Part shown: piece by piece, positions 44,485 through 53,567 of the stretch
Layout: each line of letters opens with the position of its first letter
Position numbering within the stretch: the first letter of the stretch is position 1
Assembly (NCBI GenBank): GCA_963820825.1
Contig: CAWGBN010000009.1
Location: forward strand, 32,001-96,000
Reading direction: 5' to 3'
Source of the DNA: Vulcanimicrobiota bacterium
Lineage (GTDB): Bacteria; Vulcanimicrobiota; Vulcanimicrobiia; Vulcanimicrobiales; Vulcanimicrobiaceae
Length of the DNA: 64,000 nucleotides
Notes under the pieces: model-generated
Told to the model about the DNA's origin: nothing
The model's input: only the letters and a program-made list of their open reading frames with translations
The model's database searches: none
Translations under genes and position numbers: made by a program

Positions 44485-44957
44485 GCCCTCTCCCGCGACC
44501 ACTGACCGCTCTTGCCCCCGCGCTTATGCAGCAGGCGGACCACCTCGATGGTAATCCCCTTGTCGAGCGCCTTCGACATATCGTAGATCGTCAATGCGGC
44601 GACCGAGGCCGCAACCATCGCCTCCATTTCGACGCCCGTTCGCGCCGTCGTGCGCACTTCGGCCTCGACGTGCAAGAGGCCGTCGCTTCCCCAATTGAAG
44701 CGAACGTCGACGCTCGAGAGCGGCAGCGGGTGGGCGAGCGGAATCAGCGCCGCGGTCTGCTTCGCCGCCATGATCCCCGCGAGCTGTGCGGTGACGAAGG
44801 CGTCGCCCTTCGGCAGCGTCGCGCGTTTGAGCGCGGCGACCGCCGCCGGATTCATCCGAACGAGGGCCTCGGCGCGAGCCGACCGCTGCGTGACGGCCTT
44901 CTTCGAAATGTCGACCATCGCAACGCTTCCATCGTGCGCGATGTGCGAAGGTTTCAC
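44481..44957 (-). CDS. moaC: Cyclic pyranopterin monophosphate synthase
   Basis: MVDISKK, KGD, LIPLAHP, TGVEMEA, TIYDM.K, KRGGKSG. Confidence 0.94.
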   Translation of the reverse strand: MKPSHIAHDGSVAMVDISKKAVTQRSARAEALVRMNPAAVAALKRATLPKGDAFVTAQLAGIMAAKQTAALIPLAHPLPLSSVDVRFNWGSDGLLHVEAEVRTTARTGVEMEAMVAASVAALTIYDMSKALDKGITIEVVRLLHKRGGKSGQWSRERA

Positions 44958-45154
44958 CGAAGCGAGCGTGACGGCGAGCCTTGGAAGCGCGCCCAAATCA
45001 AGCAGAGCAGCGCGAGCACCCAGCAGACCACCAAATGGGTGATGTGATGCGGATGCACCGCGCCCGATTCGGTGAAGAAGTTGATCTTGCCCAGACCGTA
45101 GAGAATTCCCAGAACGAAGAAGGCGACGGCCAAGAGTAGGGCAACGATTCTCAT
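44954..45154 (-). CDS. Small two-TM hypothetical protein
   Basis: 66 aa with two hydrophobic helices and a His-rich loop; 4-bp overlaps with both neighbours. Confidence 0.65.
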   Translation of the reverse strand: MRIVALLLAVAFFVLGILYGLGKINFFTESGAVHPHHITHLVVCWVLALLCLIWARFQGSPSRSLR

Positions 45155-46011
45155 GAAATGATTCCTCTCCTAGCGAGAACGTACGCGATTGCACCGAGGA
45201 TGACGCAGTACCAGCCGAACGGCCGCAGATCGTTGGAACGGAAGTAGCGCATCAAGAAGGCGACCGAAAGATATGCGGCGGCACCGGCGAGAATTCCGCC
45301 GCAGACCGCTTCGATGAGGACGATGTCCGCGCCGGGCGCGAAGAGTTTGGGCACCTCGAGCAGGCCCGCTGCGAGAATCACCGGCGTCGCGAGCAGGAAC
45401 GAGAAGCGGGCCGCGCTCTCGTGGTCGAGATCGCAGAGCAGGCCGGCGACCATCGAGATACCCGATCGCGAGATGCCCGGCAACAGCGCGAGCCCCTGCG
45501 CGACGCCGATCAACACGCTCGCCGGATAACTCAACTCTTCGATCGGCTTGTACGAACCGGCGCTCGCACGGTGTTGACGCCGGCGCAGCGCCTCCCCGGC
45601 AAACATCACGAGGCCGTTGACGATCAGAAAGAGTGCCGCCGGCCCGGGCGATCCAAAGAGCCGGCGGACGGGCGCCTCGAAAATGACGCCGAGAATGCCG
45701 ACGGGAATCGTTCCCACGACCAAACGCCAGCCGATTCGTTCGTCGCGATTATCACTCAACTGGCCGCGCACGATGCTGCCCACGAGCGCGCGCACGATCG
45801 CATACCACTCCGTCCGATAGTAGACGATGAGTGCGACCGCCGTACCGAGGTGAAGGACGACGACGAATGCGAGAAACGACGGACTCGCACGCTCGAAGTT
45901 CCAGTGGAGCAGCGCCGGAACCAAGATCGTATGGCCGAGGCTCGAGACGGGGAAGAGTTCGCTGACGCCCTGCAGGAGTGCGAGCGCGAGCGCCTGCGCG
46001 AAGGTCATCAC
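45151..46011 (-). CDS. uppP: Undecaprenyl-diphosphate phosphatase
   Basis: QGVSELFPVSSLGH, PGISRSG, ARFSFLL. Confidence 0.94.
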   Translation of the reverse strand: MMTFAQALALALLQGVSELFPVSSLGHTILVPALLHWNFERASPSFLAFVVVLHLGTAVALIVYYRTEWYAIVRALVGSIVRGQLSDNRDERIGWRLVVGTIPVGILGVIFEAPVRRLFGSPGPAALFLIVNGLVMFAGEALRRRQHRASAGSYKPIEELSYPASVLIGVAQGLALLPGISRSGISMVAGLLCDLDHESAARFSFLLATPVILAAGLLEVPKLFAPGADIVLIEAVCGGILAGAAAYLSVAFLMRYFRSNDLRPFGWYCVILGAIAYVLARRGIIS

Positions 46012-46625
46012 CAGGCCACGAACTTAACGCTGAAGGAATAATCGCTCGCGATCGGTTTGCAGTCGCGCAACGCCGGCGTGTAGCGCGCGTCGCGAGCCAT
46101 TCCCACGGCGACGAGGTCGAGCGATGAGTTTCCGGTGCTCTGGGCGACGCTCGTCCCCGTCACCTGACCGCTGGAATCGAGCTGTACCGCCACGCGCGCG
46201 ATTCCGTTCGTCGCCGAGGCGCGCGTCTCGGGAGCGATCTCGGGCGGCGGCGGCGTGCTTGCGACGGCTGCGGCGATATCGGCGTGCGAGCACGGGGCCG
46301 CCGTCGCTACCGGCTCGGGCGTCGCAGTCGCAACGACCGGCGCGGCCGTTGCGGCGGCTGCGCCGGTGGTTCCACCGTTGCCAGGTCCCTTCCGGGCGGG
46401 CGGCGCGGAGTTAGCGGTGCGCGGTGCGGGCGTCTGTTTCGGACGAGGCGGCGGAGGCGTCGGCGGTTTCGTCATCGCGATCGTCGCGGGACGATGTTCG
46501 ATCGATACTACTTCAGCCTGATTCTCGGGCGTGGGCACCGGCGGGTGCAGAACGAGCGCGACGATCACGTGCAGCAGCAACGAGAGCGCGAACGCGACCA
46601 GCAGTAAACGCGGTACGCGTTTCAT
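46008..46625 (-). CDS. TonB-family energy transducer
   Basis: TM helix SLLLH, Pro-rich linker, TonB C-terminal domain (STGNSSLD, YTPA). Confidence 0.8.
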   Translation of the reverse strand: MKRVPRLLLVAFALSLLLHVIVALVLHPPVPTPENQAEVVSIEHRPATIAMTKPPTPPPPRPKQTPAPRTANSAPPARKGPGNGGTTGAAAATAAPVVATATPEPVATAAPCSHADIAAAVASTPPPPEIAPETRASATNGIARVAVQLDSSGQVTGTSVAQSTGNSSLDLVAVGMARDARYTPALRDCKPIASDYSFSVKFVAW

Positions 46626-46646
46626 CGCTCATCGACGGCGCGCGGA

Positions 46647-47363
46647 TTAGTCGGGCTGGAAGTCAGCGCGGAAGAGATAGTTGCCCGTCGTCGGCTGGCA
46701 ATCGACGAGCTTCGGTGAATAGCTCGACTGGCGTGCTGCGCGCAGCGCCGCTTGGTCGATGGCCATGTTGTTTGCGCTCTTATAAACCGATGCCGTAATG
46801 AGATTGCCGCTTGGTCCAACGGTCACCTCGACTTCGACGGTAACCGGGCCAAGCCCGAGATCCTTCGCCGACTCGGGGTAATCCGGCTGCACCGGGTTGG
46901 TGACGGTCGCCTCGACGTTCGGGTTGGCGCAAGCGGGTTTGGGCGCGCCGACCGTTGCCTGCGGACCCGGCGTGCCCTGTGCTCCGGCGGGGGCGCCGTT
47001 CTCCGTTCCGTGCACCGGCTGAGTGACCGTCGTTTCGGTCGAGCCGCGCGCGGAGTTGCTGGTCGTTTTGACGAGATTGACTTTGAGCTTCGGCTGCTCG
47101 ACCTGCTTCTTCTGCGGCGGCGGCGTCGAGTTCGGCGGCGGCGTTGGAGTCGGCGGCGGCGTGGGAGTCGGCGGCGGCGGTGTGTGGACGACGATCTTGC
47201 GCTTCTGCACGGTGACTTGCTCGGGCCCCTGCTGCTCGGCATGCTTGGCAAAGTTCGGCAAGAACGAGCCGATCGCTAAGTGCGCGATGATCGAGATGAC
47301 GAACGCCCAGCCGATATAGCTGCGGACGCGCTCGCCCGTCGTGAGGTAACCGCGGTTCGCCAT
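46647..47363 (-). CDS. tonB: TonB-family energy transducer
   Basis: TM helix SIIAH, PPPTPT linker, PDYPESA, IDQAALRAA. Confidence 0.85.
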   Translation of the reverse strand: MANRGYLTTGERVRSYIGWAFVISIIAHLAIGSFLPNFAKHAEQQGPEQVTVQKRKIVVHTPPPPTPTPPPTPTPPPNSTPPPQKKQVEQPKLKVNLVKTTSNSARGSTETTVTQPVHGTENGAPAGAQGTPGPQATVGAPKPACANPNVEATVTNPVQPDYPESAKDLGLGPVTVEVEVTVGPSGNLITASVYKSANNMAIDQAALRAARQSSYSPKLVDCQPTTGNYLFRADFQPD

Positions 47364-47366
47364 CGC

Positions 47367-47792
47367 CTATTGGTTGACTCCCGCGGGCGCGCCCTGGACG
47401 TGGTTCGCCAGACCGAAATCCGTGAGGTCGACCGACTTCGCCGCATCCATCACCTGAAGGATGACGCCGTAGCTCGCCTTGGGATCCGCCTTGATGATGA
47501 CGCTCTTGAAGCGGTGGTCGGTGGCATCTTGAAGCTGTGAGAAGGCCGCCTTGGCATCCGGGATCGTCACCTGGTTGGAGCCGATCTGAACGTGATCGTG
47601 CTCGTCGACGATGACCACGATCTGCGAAGGCTGAACCTTTTCCTTGTTGTAGGCGTCGGGAAGCTTCGGCTCTTTCGTGACCGACGCCAAGATGATGAAG
47701 ATGATGAGGAGCACCAACAACACGTCCGTGAACGGCGTGATGTTGATGGTCGACATTACCTCATCTTCACCTTGCCCAGTGGAAACGGCCAC
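47367..47792 (-). CDS. exbD: Biopolymer transport protein ExbD/TolR
   Basis: INITPFTDVLLVLLIIF, IKAD..ASYG..VMD. Confidence 0.9.
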   Translation of the reverse strand: MAVSTGQGEDEVMSTINITPFTDVLLVLLIIFIILASVTKEPKLPDAYNKEKVQPSQIVVIVDEHDHVQIGSNQVTIPDAKAAFSQLQDATDHRFKSVIIKADPKASYGVILQVMDAAKSVDLTDFGLANHVQGAPAGVNQ

Positions 47793-47810
47793 GTCGCAAT
47801 TACCTCCAGA

Positions 47811-48221
47811 CTATGACGTTACGAAGCCGACGTCTTCGAGCCCGGCGTTCTTCGCCGCGTCGAGGATTCGAATGATGACGCCGTAGGGAGCCTTCGCGTC
47901 GGCAACGATCGCCACGTGGTGGTGCGGCTTCTTCTTCGACGCGTCGAACATCACGCGATAGACGCCGGTATCGTCGGTCTTCACGCCGTCGACGAAGATC
48001 ACGCCCTTATTGTTAACGTCCACCTCGATGTCGTTCTTGTTCTTGGTGTTGGTCGACGTGTTGGGATTCTTGTTCGGCAGCTCTTTCTCGAAGCCGGGCG
48101 GCGCCACCAAGGCGGCGAGAATCATGAAGATGATCAGCAAGACCAACAGCACGTCCGTAAACGGGGTGATGTTGATCTCGGCCATCACCTCTTGGTCTTG
48201 CTGCGACGATAATAGGCTCAC
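47811..48221 (-). CDS. exbD: Biopolymer transport protein ExbD/TolR
   Basis: EINITPFTDVLLVLLIIFM, AD.KAPYG. Confidence 0.9.
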   Translation of the reverse strand: MSLLSSQQDQEVMAEINITPFTDVLLVLLIIFMILAALVAPPGFEKELPNKNPNTSTNTKNKNDIEVDVNNKGVIFVDGVKTDDTGVYRVMFDASKKKPHHHVAIVADAKAPYGVIIRILDAAKNAGLEDVGFVTS

Positions 48222-48240
48222 GATCGCGCCCTACGAAGCT

Positions 48241-48909
48241 TTACTTGGTCGCCTTCGAAGGTTGATAGAGCTCCGTCGGAATCGGCGCACCCGTGTTGTG
48301 GAAGTGCAGCATCTCCGCGAGCTGATTCGCGGCGACGATCATCTCTTGATTGTAATTCTTGATGCGCGACTTGAAGAAGTTGAAAAAGACCACCGCGATG
48401 ACCGCGATGATCAGACCGGTCGCGGTCGTGATGAGCGCTTCCGAGACGCCCGCCGCGACGACGGCCGGCGTCGAGTTACCCTTCAGCGCGATGTCTTGGA
48501 AGGCACGGATGATGCCCAAAACCGTTCCGAAGAGACCGACGAACGGCGCGATGACGGCGATGGTGCCGATGATCGCCAAGTTCCGCTCGAGCGAGTTGAG
48601 ATGCTCCATCAGTGCGATCGAGAGCGCGTCGGTGATGTCGGCGCGGTTCTTCTCGCCGCGACGCAGACCGAACTCGAGGATCCGCGGAAGCATTCCGCGG
48701 TTCTTCTTACAGACGTCGATCGCCCCGTCGAGATCGTCGGCCGAGACCTTCGCTCCGATCTGGCGCAGCAGCCCCTTGGTATCGCCATGCTGCATCTGGA
48801 AGAAGACGAGCCGCTCGATGACGACTGCGAGACCGACGATCGAAATGAGCAGGAGCAGCCACATATCCCAGCCGCCCTGCTGCATGAGACCCATAAATCC
48901 GGAAAACAC
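48241..48909 (-). CDS. exbB: MotA/TolQ/ExbB proton-channel protein
   Basis: APFVGLFGTVLGI, GVSEALITTATGL..A. Confidence 0.9.
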   Translation of the reverse strand: MFSGFMGLMQQGGWDMWLLLLISIVGLAVVIERLVFFQMQHGDTKGLLRQIGAKVSADDLDGAIDVCKKNRGMLPRILEFGLRRGEKNRADITDALSIALMEHLNSLERNLAIIGTIAVIAPFVGLFGTVLGIIRAFQDIALKGNSTPAVVAAGVSEALITTATGLIIAVIAVVFFNFFKSRIKNYNQEMIVAANQLAEMLHFHNTGAPIPTELYQPSKATK

Positions 48910-49007
48910 GGTGCTCTACCACCCTCCACTTAAACGTAGTTCCGCGGCGCCTGCCCGCCCCGTGAGGGCGAGCCATTGGCCTATGCCGCGCTAAAGTCCT
49001 GGTAACG

Positions 49008-50390
49008 TTAGCTCCCGCCTCCCGACCCACCCGAGGCGGTGCCGTTGAGGTTCTTCTTGATGAACGTTTCGATCTGCAGCGCCAACGCTTCGTTGCCCTC
49101 GGCTTTGGCTTGTTCGTCGGCCTTGTTGAGCGCGTCGGTGGCCTTCTGCTTCGTGCCTGCATCGTGGTTCGTAGACCACTGGCCGGCCAGCGCAATGCCC
49201 TCCGCGAAATTCGCCGCGGCATCGTTGGGATTCGTCGCGAGAGCCTTTTCGGCATAAGCTTGCATACGCTTGTAGTCCGGCTTTTCCGTGCGCGCTATAG
49301 CAAACGCGGCGAGGGTATTCGCTGTGACGGCGAGTTTGGGATCGCCGGCGGCCGCGGCTTGATCGTAATCGGCGAGAGCCGTGGTCGTGTCCTTGGCGTC
49401 GGCCGCCTTGGTTCCGGCGTTGATCAGCGACAACGCCATCGCCGAGGAACCCGCGGTGCTATTGGGATCGAGTTGCTTGATCTGAGCGACCATTGCCTGC
49501 GCTTGCGCGGTATCGTGGTTGGCCAGGTACGCTTCGACCAGCTCGGCGTCGATGTTCACCTTCGACGAGACCGGAATCTTCGGATTGGCCATCGCCGCGC
49601 TCTGCGCCGCCTTCAGCGAGGCGAGTGCCGACGCGAGGTCGCCGTTGGCAAGCTGCGCGACGCCGAGCGCAAACTGCGAGTTCGGTCCGGGGTCGAGCGC
49701 CATCGCCTTCTGCGCGTATCCGAGCGATTGACTCGCATCCGTTCGCGCCCCCTTGACGGCTGCGGTCGCAAAGCTCTGTGCCGCGATCGGACGGAACTGC
49801 GGACCGATCGTTTCGACCTTATCGAACGCCGCAGCGGAAGTCGCGACGTCGCCGGCATCGAAGGCGGCGATCCCCAGCATCTGGCGCAGCGACGCGTCGT
49901 TCGGCGAACTGATCAGTGCGGACTGGGCCTTCGATTTCGCCGCTTCGTACTTACCCTGCCGGATCAACGCGGCAACTTGGCTCGCCGCGGGGCTCATCGA
50001 TCCGCCGGCCGGCACCCCGGAGCCCGCCTCGCTCGTGTTGGTCGCAACCGACTTCCCGCTGAACTTCAAGGTGAAGTCGTAAAACGAGGTGATCGGCGTC
50101 GTCCCGCGATGGGCCGGACGGTAGGTCGAGTTCTGGGCGATCTCCATCGCCGCCGCGTTATCGCCCGCGTTGCTCGAGTGAATGACCTTGATGGCCTTGT
50201 GCGTGCCGTTCGCATTGACTTGCACCTGCACCACCACCGTGCCGCTGCCCGCGACGGAGGTGGTCGTCGTGCCCTGCTTGAGCAGTTTGGCCGGCACGAA
50301 CTCGCTGGCGTACTGCGCCGCCGCCGGGAGTTGCGTGAGAGCGACGAGCGCCGCGATAGCCGGCGCGACGATGCGGAACTGAGCGTTCAT
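49008..50390 (-). CDS. Secreted protein with N-terminal TonB-C-like domain and TPR repeats
   Basis: Signal peptide AAA-Q, GTVVVQV.V..NG, SSN..DNAAA....STYRPA, then helical TPR-like repeats. Confidence 0.7.
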   Translation of the reverse strand: MNAQFRIVAPAIAALVALTQLPAAAQYASEFVPAKLLKQGTTTTSVAGSGTVVVQVQVNANGTHKAIKVIHSSNAGDNAAAMEIAQNSTYRPAHRGTTPITSFYDFTLKFSGKSVATNTSEAGSGVPAGGSMSPAASQVAALIRQGKYEAAKSKAQSALISSPNDASLRQMLGIAAFDAGDVATSAAAFDKVETIGPQFRPIAAQSFATAAVKGARTDASQSLGYAQKAMALDPGPNSQFALGVAQLANGDLASALASLKAAQSAAMANPKIPVSSKVNIDAELVEAYLANHDTAQAQAMVAQIKQLDPNSTAGSSAMALSLINAGTKAADAKDTTTALADYDQAAAAGDPKLAVTANTLAAFAIARTEKPDYKRMQAYAEKALATNPNDAAANFAEGIALAGQWSTNHDAGTKQKATDALNKADEQAKAEGNEALALQIETFIKKNLNGTASGGSGGGS

Positions 50391-51160
50391 GGCGTACCTC
50401 GAGTTGCTTGGCGATGCTTCGTGTTCGGCATGGTACGAGGCGCTTCGTCCGTCGGCCTGCGATGCCGTTCGAGCGCGGCGAGTTCCCTGGCGGTGAGCGG
50501 CCGCATGCATCCCGCCGATAGGTTCCCCAACCGCAGCGGTCCGAAACGCGTACGGGTCAGCGCGAGCACCCGGTGACCGAGCGCTTCGAACATCCGGCGC
50601 ACCTGCCGGTTTCGTCCTTCGTGAATGGTCACGTCGACGACCGACCGGTCGCGGCGCACCGCGAGCACGCGCAGCTTCGCCCCGCCGGTGCGAAACTCGT
50701 CGAGCGCGATTCCCTGGTGGAGCGATCGTACGTCGCGTGCGGAGAGGCGCCCGGCGATCTCGGCGCGATAGGTCTTTTCGACCCCGTATCGCGGATGGAG
50801 CAACGAGTGGGCGAGCTCGCCGTCGTCGGTCAAGAGCAGCGCGCCGCCGGTCGCGTAGTCGAGACGTCCGACCGGGACGACTCGCACGCTCGCCGGCACG
50901 AAATCGGCCACGGCCGCGCGTCCCTGCGGATCGCGCATCGTGGTTACGACGCCGAGCGGCTTGTTCAGCAGCAGATACGTGCGTTCGAGAGGCAATTCCG
51001 CGAGTGCGCCATCGACTTCAACACGATCGCCGTCCCGAACGTTCGTTCCCAACTCGGTGACGATCCGTCCGTTGATGCTGACGCGTCGCGCCGCGATGAG
51101 TTCGTCGGCCCGCCGCCGCGCCGCAACTCCCGCCTGCGCAAGATATCTATTGAGGCGCAT
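50387..51160 (-). CDS. rRNA pseudouridine synthase (RluB/RsuA family)
   Basis: RLNRYLAQAG S4 domain, NKP.G, VGRLD, EGRNRQVRRM. Confidence 0.93.
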   Translation of the reverse strand: MRLNRYLAQAGVAARRRADELIAARRVSINGRIVTELGTNVRDGDRVEVDGALAELPLERTYLLLNKPLGVVTTMRDPQGRAAVADFVPASVRVVPVGRLDYATGGALLLTDDGELAHSLLHPRYGVEKTYRAEIAGRLSARDVRSLHQGIALDEFRTGGAKLRVLAVRRDRSVVDVTIHEGRNRQVRRMFEALGHRVLALTRTRFGPLRLGNLSAGCMRPLTARELAALERHRRPTDEAPRTMPNTKHRQATRGTP

Positions 51161-51191
51161 CGACCGCCCCACTTTAATCTACGGAAATACT

Positions 51192-51337
51192 AGCTAAGCG
51201 AGCGACGTGATGCCGAGGAAATTCGGACCGACTCGCGGAGCCATGGATGGCGGGAGCGAGTCGGCCGTATAGTAGGAGCGAAGCCGGGACGGCGCAGCGA
51301 CGAACGGTTCCGAAGGATCACGTCGCAAGCGAAAGCT
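51192..51337. repeat. Nested inverted-repeat (REP/MITE-like) element
   Basis: GCGACGTGAT/ATCACGTCGC outer arms, CCGACTCGC/GCGAGTCGG inner arms around GCCATGGATGGC. Confidence 0.55.
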
Positions 51338-52793
51338 AATATTTGCCGTTCCCGCCATCCTCGTAGCCTCGATTCATCGAGAGCGCCTCTTTGGTAACCG
51401 TCTGTAAGAACTCTTCGTTCGTGCGCGTCTGCGCCATTTTGTCGAGAATGATCTCGGTGATGTCGCCGGTGTTGAGCACCGCGGTCGCGCGGCGCAGCAT
51501 CCAGATCTTGCGCATCTCGTCGGGCGAGAGTAGCAGCTCTTCGTGCCGCGTTCCGGAACGCTTGATGTCGATCGCCGGGAAGACTCGCGACTCGGCGAGC
51601 TTACGGGTGAGATCGATCTCCATGTTACCGGTGCCCTTGAACTCTTCGAAGATCACGTCGTCCATCTTTGAGCCGGTCTCGATCAGCGCCGTTGCGATGA
51701 TCGTCAGCGAACCGCCTTCTTCGATCTTGCGGGCCGCACCGAAGAATCGCTTCGGCTTATGCAGCGAAGCGGTATCGAGACCACCCGAGAGCGTTCGTCC
51801 GGAACTGGCGACGACCTGATTGTAGGCGCGCGCGAGACGCGTAATCGAATCGAGCAGGATCACCACGTCTTTTCCGAGTTCGACCAGCCGCTTCGCACGC
51901 TCCATGGCGAGCTCGGCAACGGTCGTGTGATTCTCGGGATGCTCGTCGAACGTGGAGGCCACGACCTCTCCGTCGATCGTCCGCTGCATATCGGTGACTT
52001 CTTCCGGACGCTCGTCGACGAGCAGCGCGATGATGTGCGCGTCGGGATGGTTGATCGAAATCGAGTTGGCGATATTCTTCAGAAGCGTCGTCTTGCCGGC
52101 CTTCGGCGGCGAGACGATCAGCGCGCGTTGTCCTTTGCCGATCGGCGAGAACAAGTCGATGACGCGCGTCGAGAGCTGGGTCGAGCGGACTTCGAGTTTG
52201 AAGCGCTCTTGCGGATAGATCGGCGTCCCTTTTTCGAAGGTGCGCCGTCCCTTGATTGCCTCAGGATCCAAATCGTTGACTTTGTCGACGCGAATGAGCC
52301 CGTAATACTTTTCGCTCTCTTTCGGACGCCGGACCTGACCCTCGACCATATCCCCGCGCCGCAGCTCGAAGCGGCGGATCTGCGATTGGCTAACGTAGAT
52401 ATCGTCGTTGCCGATGTAATAGCCGGCGCGGCGTAAGAAGCCGTAGCCCTCGGGAAGAACGTCGAGGATTCCGCTGGCCATCTCGATGCCGGAGCGCGAG
52501 ATCTGCGCCTGCACGAGCATCTCAACCAGCTCGTCTTTTTTAAGCTTCGCCGGCGCCGGAAGCTCGATTTCGAGCTCCTTCGCGAGCTCGACGAGTTCGG
52601 TCTTCGTCTTCTCCGAAAGCTGCGCCGCCGTTTGAATCGGCGGTACTTCTACCTGCGGGACCTGATCGTGGAAGACGGCCTGATGCTGCGGAAAGTGGTG
52701 CCGGCGACGCGAGCGCCGGCGGCGCCCACCGCCCCCTTGCTGGGGTGCGTTATTCGAACGGTGGTCGAGGTTGGGGCGATGTTCCGTTTGCAG
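51336..52793 (-). CDS. rho: Transcription termination factor Rho (probable CTG start)
   Basis: EGYGFLR, SPPKAGKT, DERPEEVTD, EEFKGTGN; the Rho N-terminal helix bundle lies upstream of the first ATG (52520). Confidence 0.95.
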   Translation of the reverse strand: MQTEHRPNLDHRSNNAPQQGGGGRRRRSRRRHHFPQHQAVFHDQVPQVEVPPIQTAAQLSEKTKTELVELAKELEIELPAPAKLKKDELVEMLVQAQISRSGIEMASGILDVLPEGYGFLRRAGYYIGNDDIYVSQSQIRRFELRRGDMVEGQVRRPKESEKYYGLIRVDKVNDLDPEAIKGRRTFEKGTPIYPQERFKLEVRSTQLSTRVIDLFSPIGKGQRALIVSPPKAGKTTLLKNIANSISINHPDAHIIALLVDERPEEVTDMQRTIDGEVVASTFDEHPENHTTVAELAMERAKRLVELGKDVVILLDSITRLARAYNQVVASSGRTLSGGLDTASLHKPKRFFGAARKIEEGGSLTIIATALIETGSKMDDVIFEEFKGTGNMEIDLTRKLAESRVFPAIDIKRSGTRHEELLLSPDEMRKIWMLRRATAVLNTGDITEIILDKMAQTRTNEEFLQTVTKEALSMNRGYEDGGNGKY

Positions 52794-52943
52794 AAGAGTA
52801 ATCTCTCTTTAAGAGTCGCTCGCGCCGCGCTTGGACGACCGAGGGCGAGGCGAGGCTGCCGTCGCTGTCAGGTCGGTGACGTGAACGTGGGGATGTCAAA
52901 AGTCGTCGCGGCTGTCAACCAAAGACCGCAACGCGACGCACAC

Positions 52944-52972
52944 ACTATAGCACAGCGGCAGCGAGCGTTCAA
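52944..52972 (-). promoter_or_regulatory. Sigma70-type promoter of rho
   Basis: TTGAAC-17-TATAGT with an extended TG. Confidence 0.65.
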
Positions 52973-53567
52973 GCGGGGTTCAAGCGGGCGGCTCCGCTCA
53001 CGAATGGGCTTCCTGCCGCGTAGAAACGCAGCCTCCGATCGGCAGCCGCCGATATGCCGATGCGGGGGCTGCGACGCACGCGCATCGGAAAGGCACCCGC
53101 ATCGGCCAACCAAAGGTGCGGATGCGTGAAGGGATCGATCCCATCGAGCGAACGGTCGATGTCGAGCGCGCGGCAGAGACGGCCCGGCCCGCGACAGAGG
53201 TCGCGCATGCGCTCGATCGCGCGCCGGTTGCGCATCAGCGCGACGCCTTCGATCGGCTCGAGCGCGCGTACGAGCACGCCTGCGCCCTCGCCGTCGCGTT
53301 CGCTCGACAGATTGAAACAGTATGAGGTGCCGTAAATTTGATAGACGTAGGCGCGATGCGGGGGTCCGAAGAGCGTGGCGTTCCGTCGCGTCTTGCCGCG
53401 ATAGGCGTGGCAGGCGGGGTCCCCGGGGAGATAGGCTTCCGTCTCGACGATCCGGCCGGCCGTTATCCCATCGTCGCTATCGCGAACGAGGACGCAGCCG
53501 AGCACGCGTGTGCCAACGCACGCGTTTCGATAGGCAAGCGCTCCGGCTCGAGCCGGCGCAGCGTCAT
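52969..53567 (-). pseudogene. mpg: DNA-3-methyladenine glycosylase (MPG/AAG), one frameshift as sequenced
   Basis: GRIVETEAY, YVYQIYG, VLVRALEP, GPGRLC, PRIGI; N-terminus MTLRRL..PIETRALA in another frame, one base missing near 53508. Confidence 0.85.
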
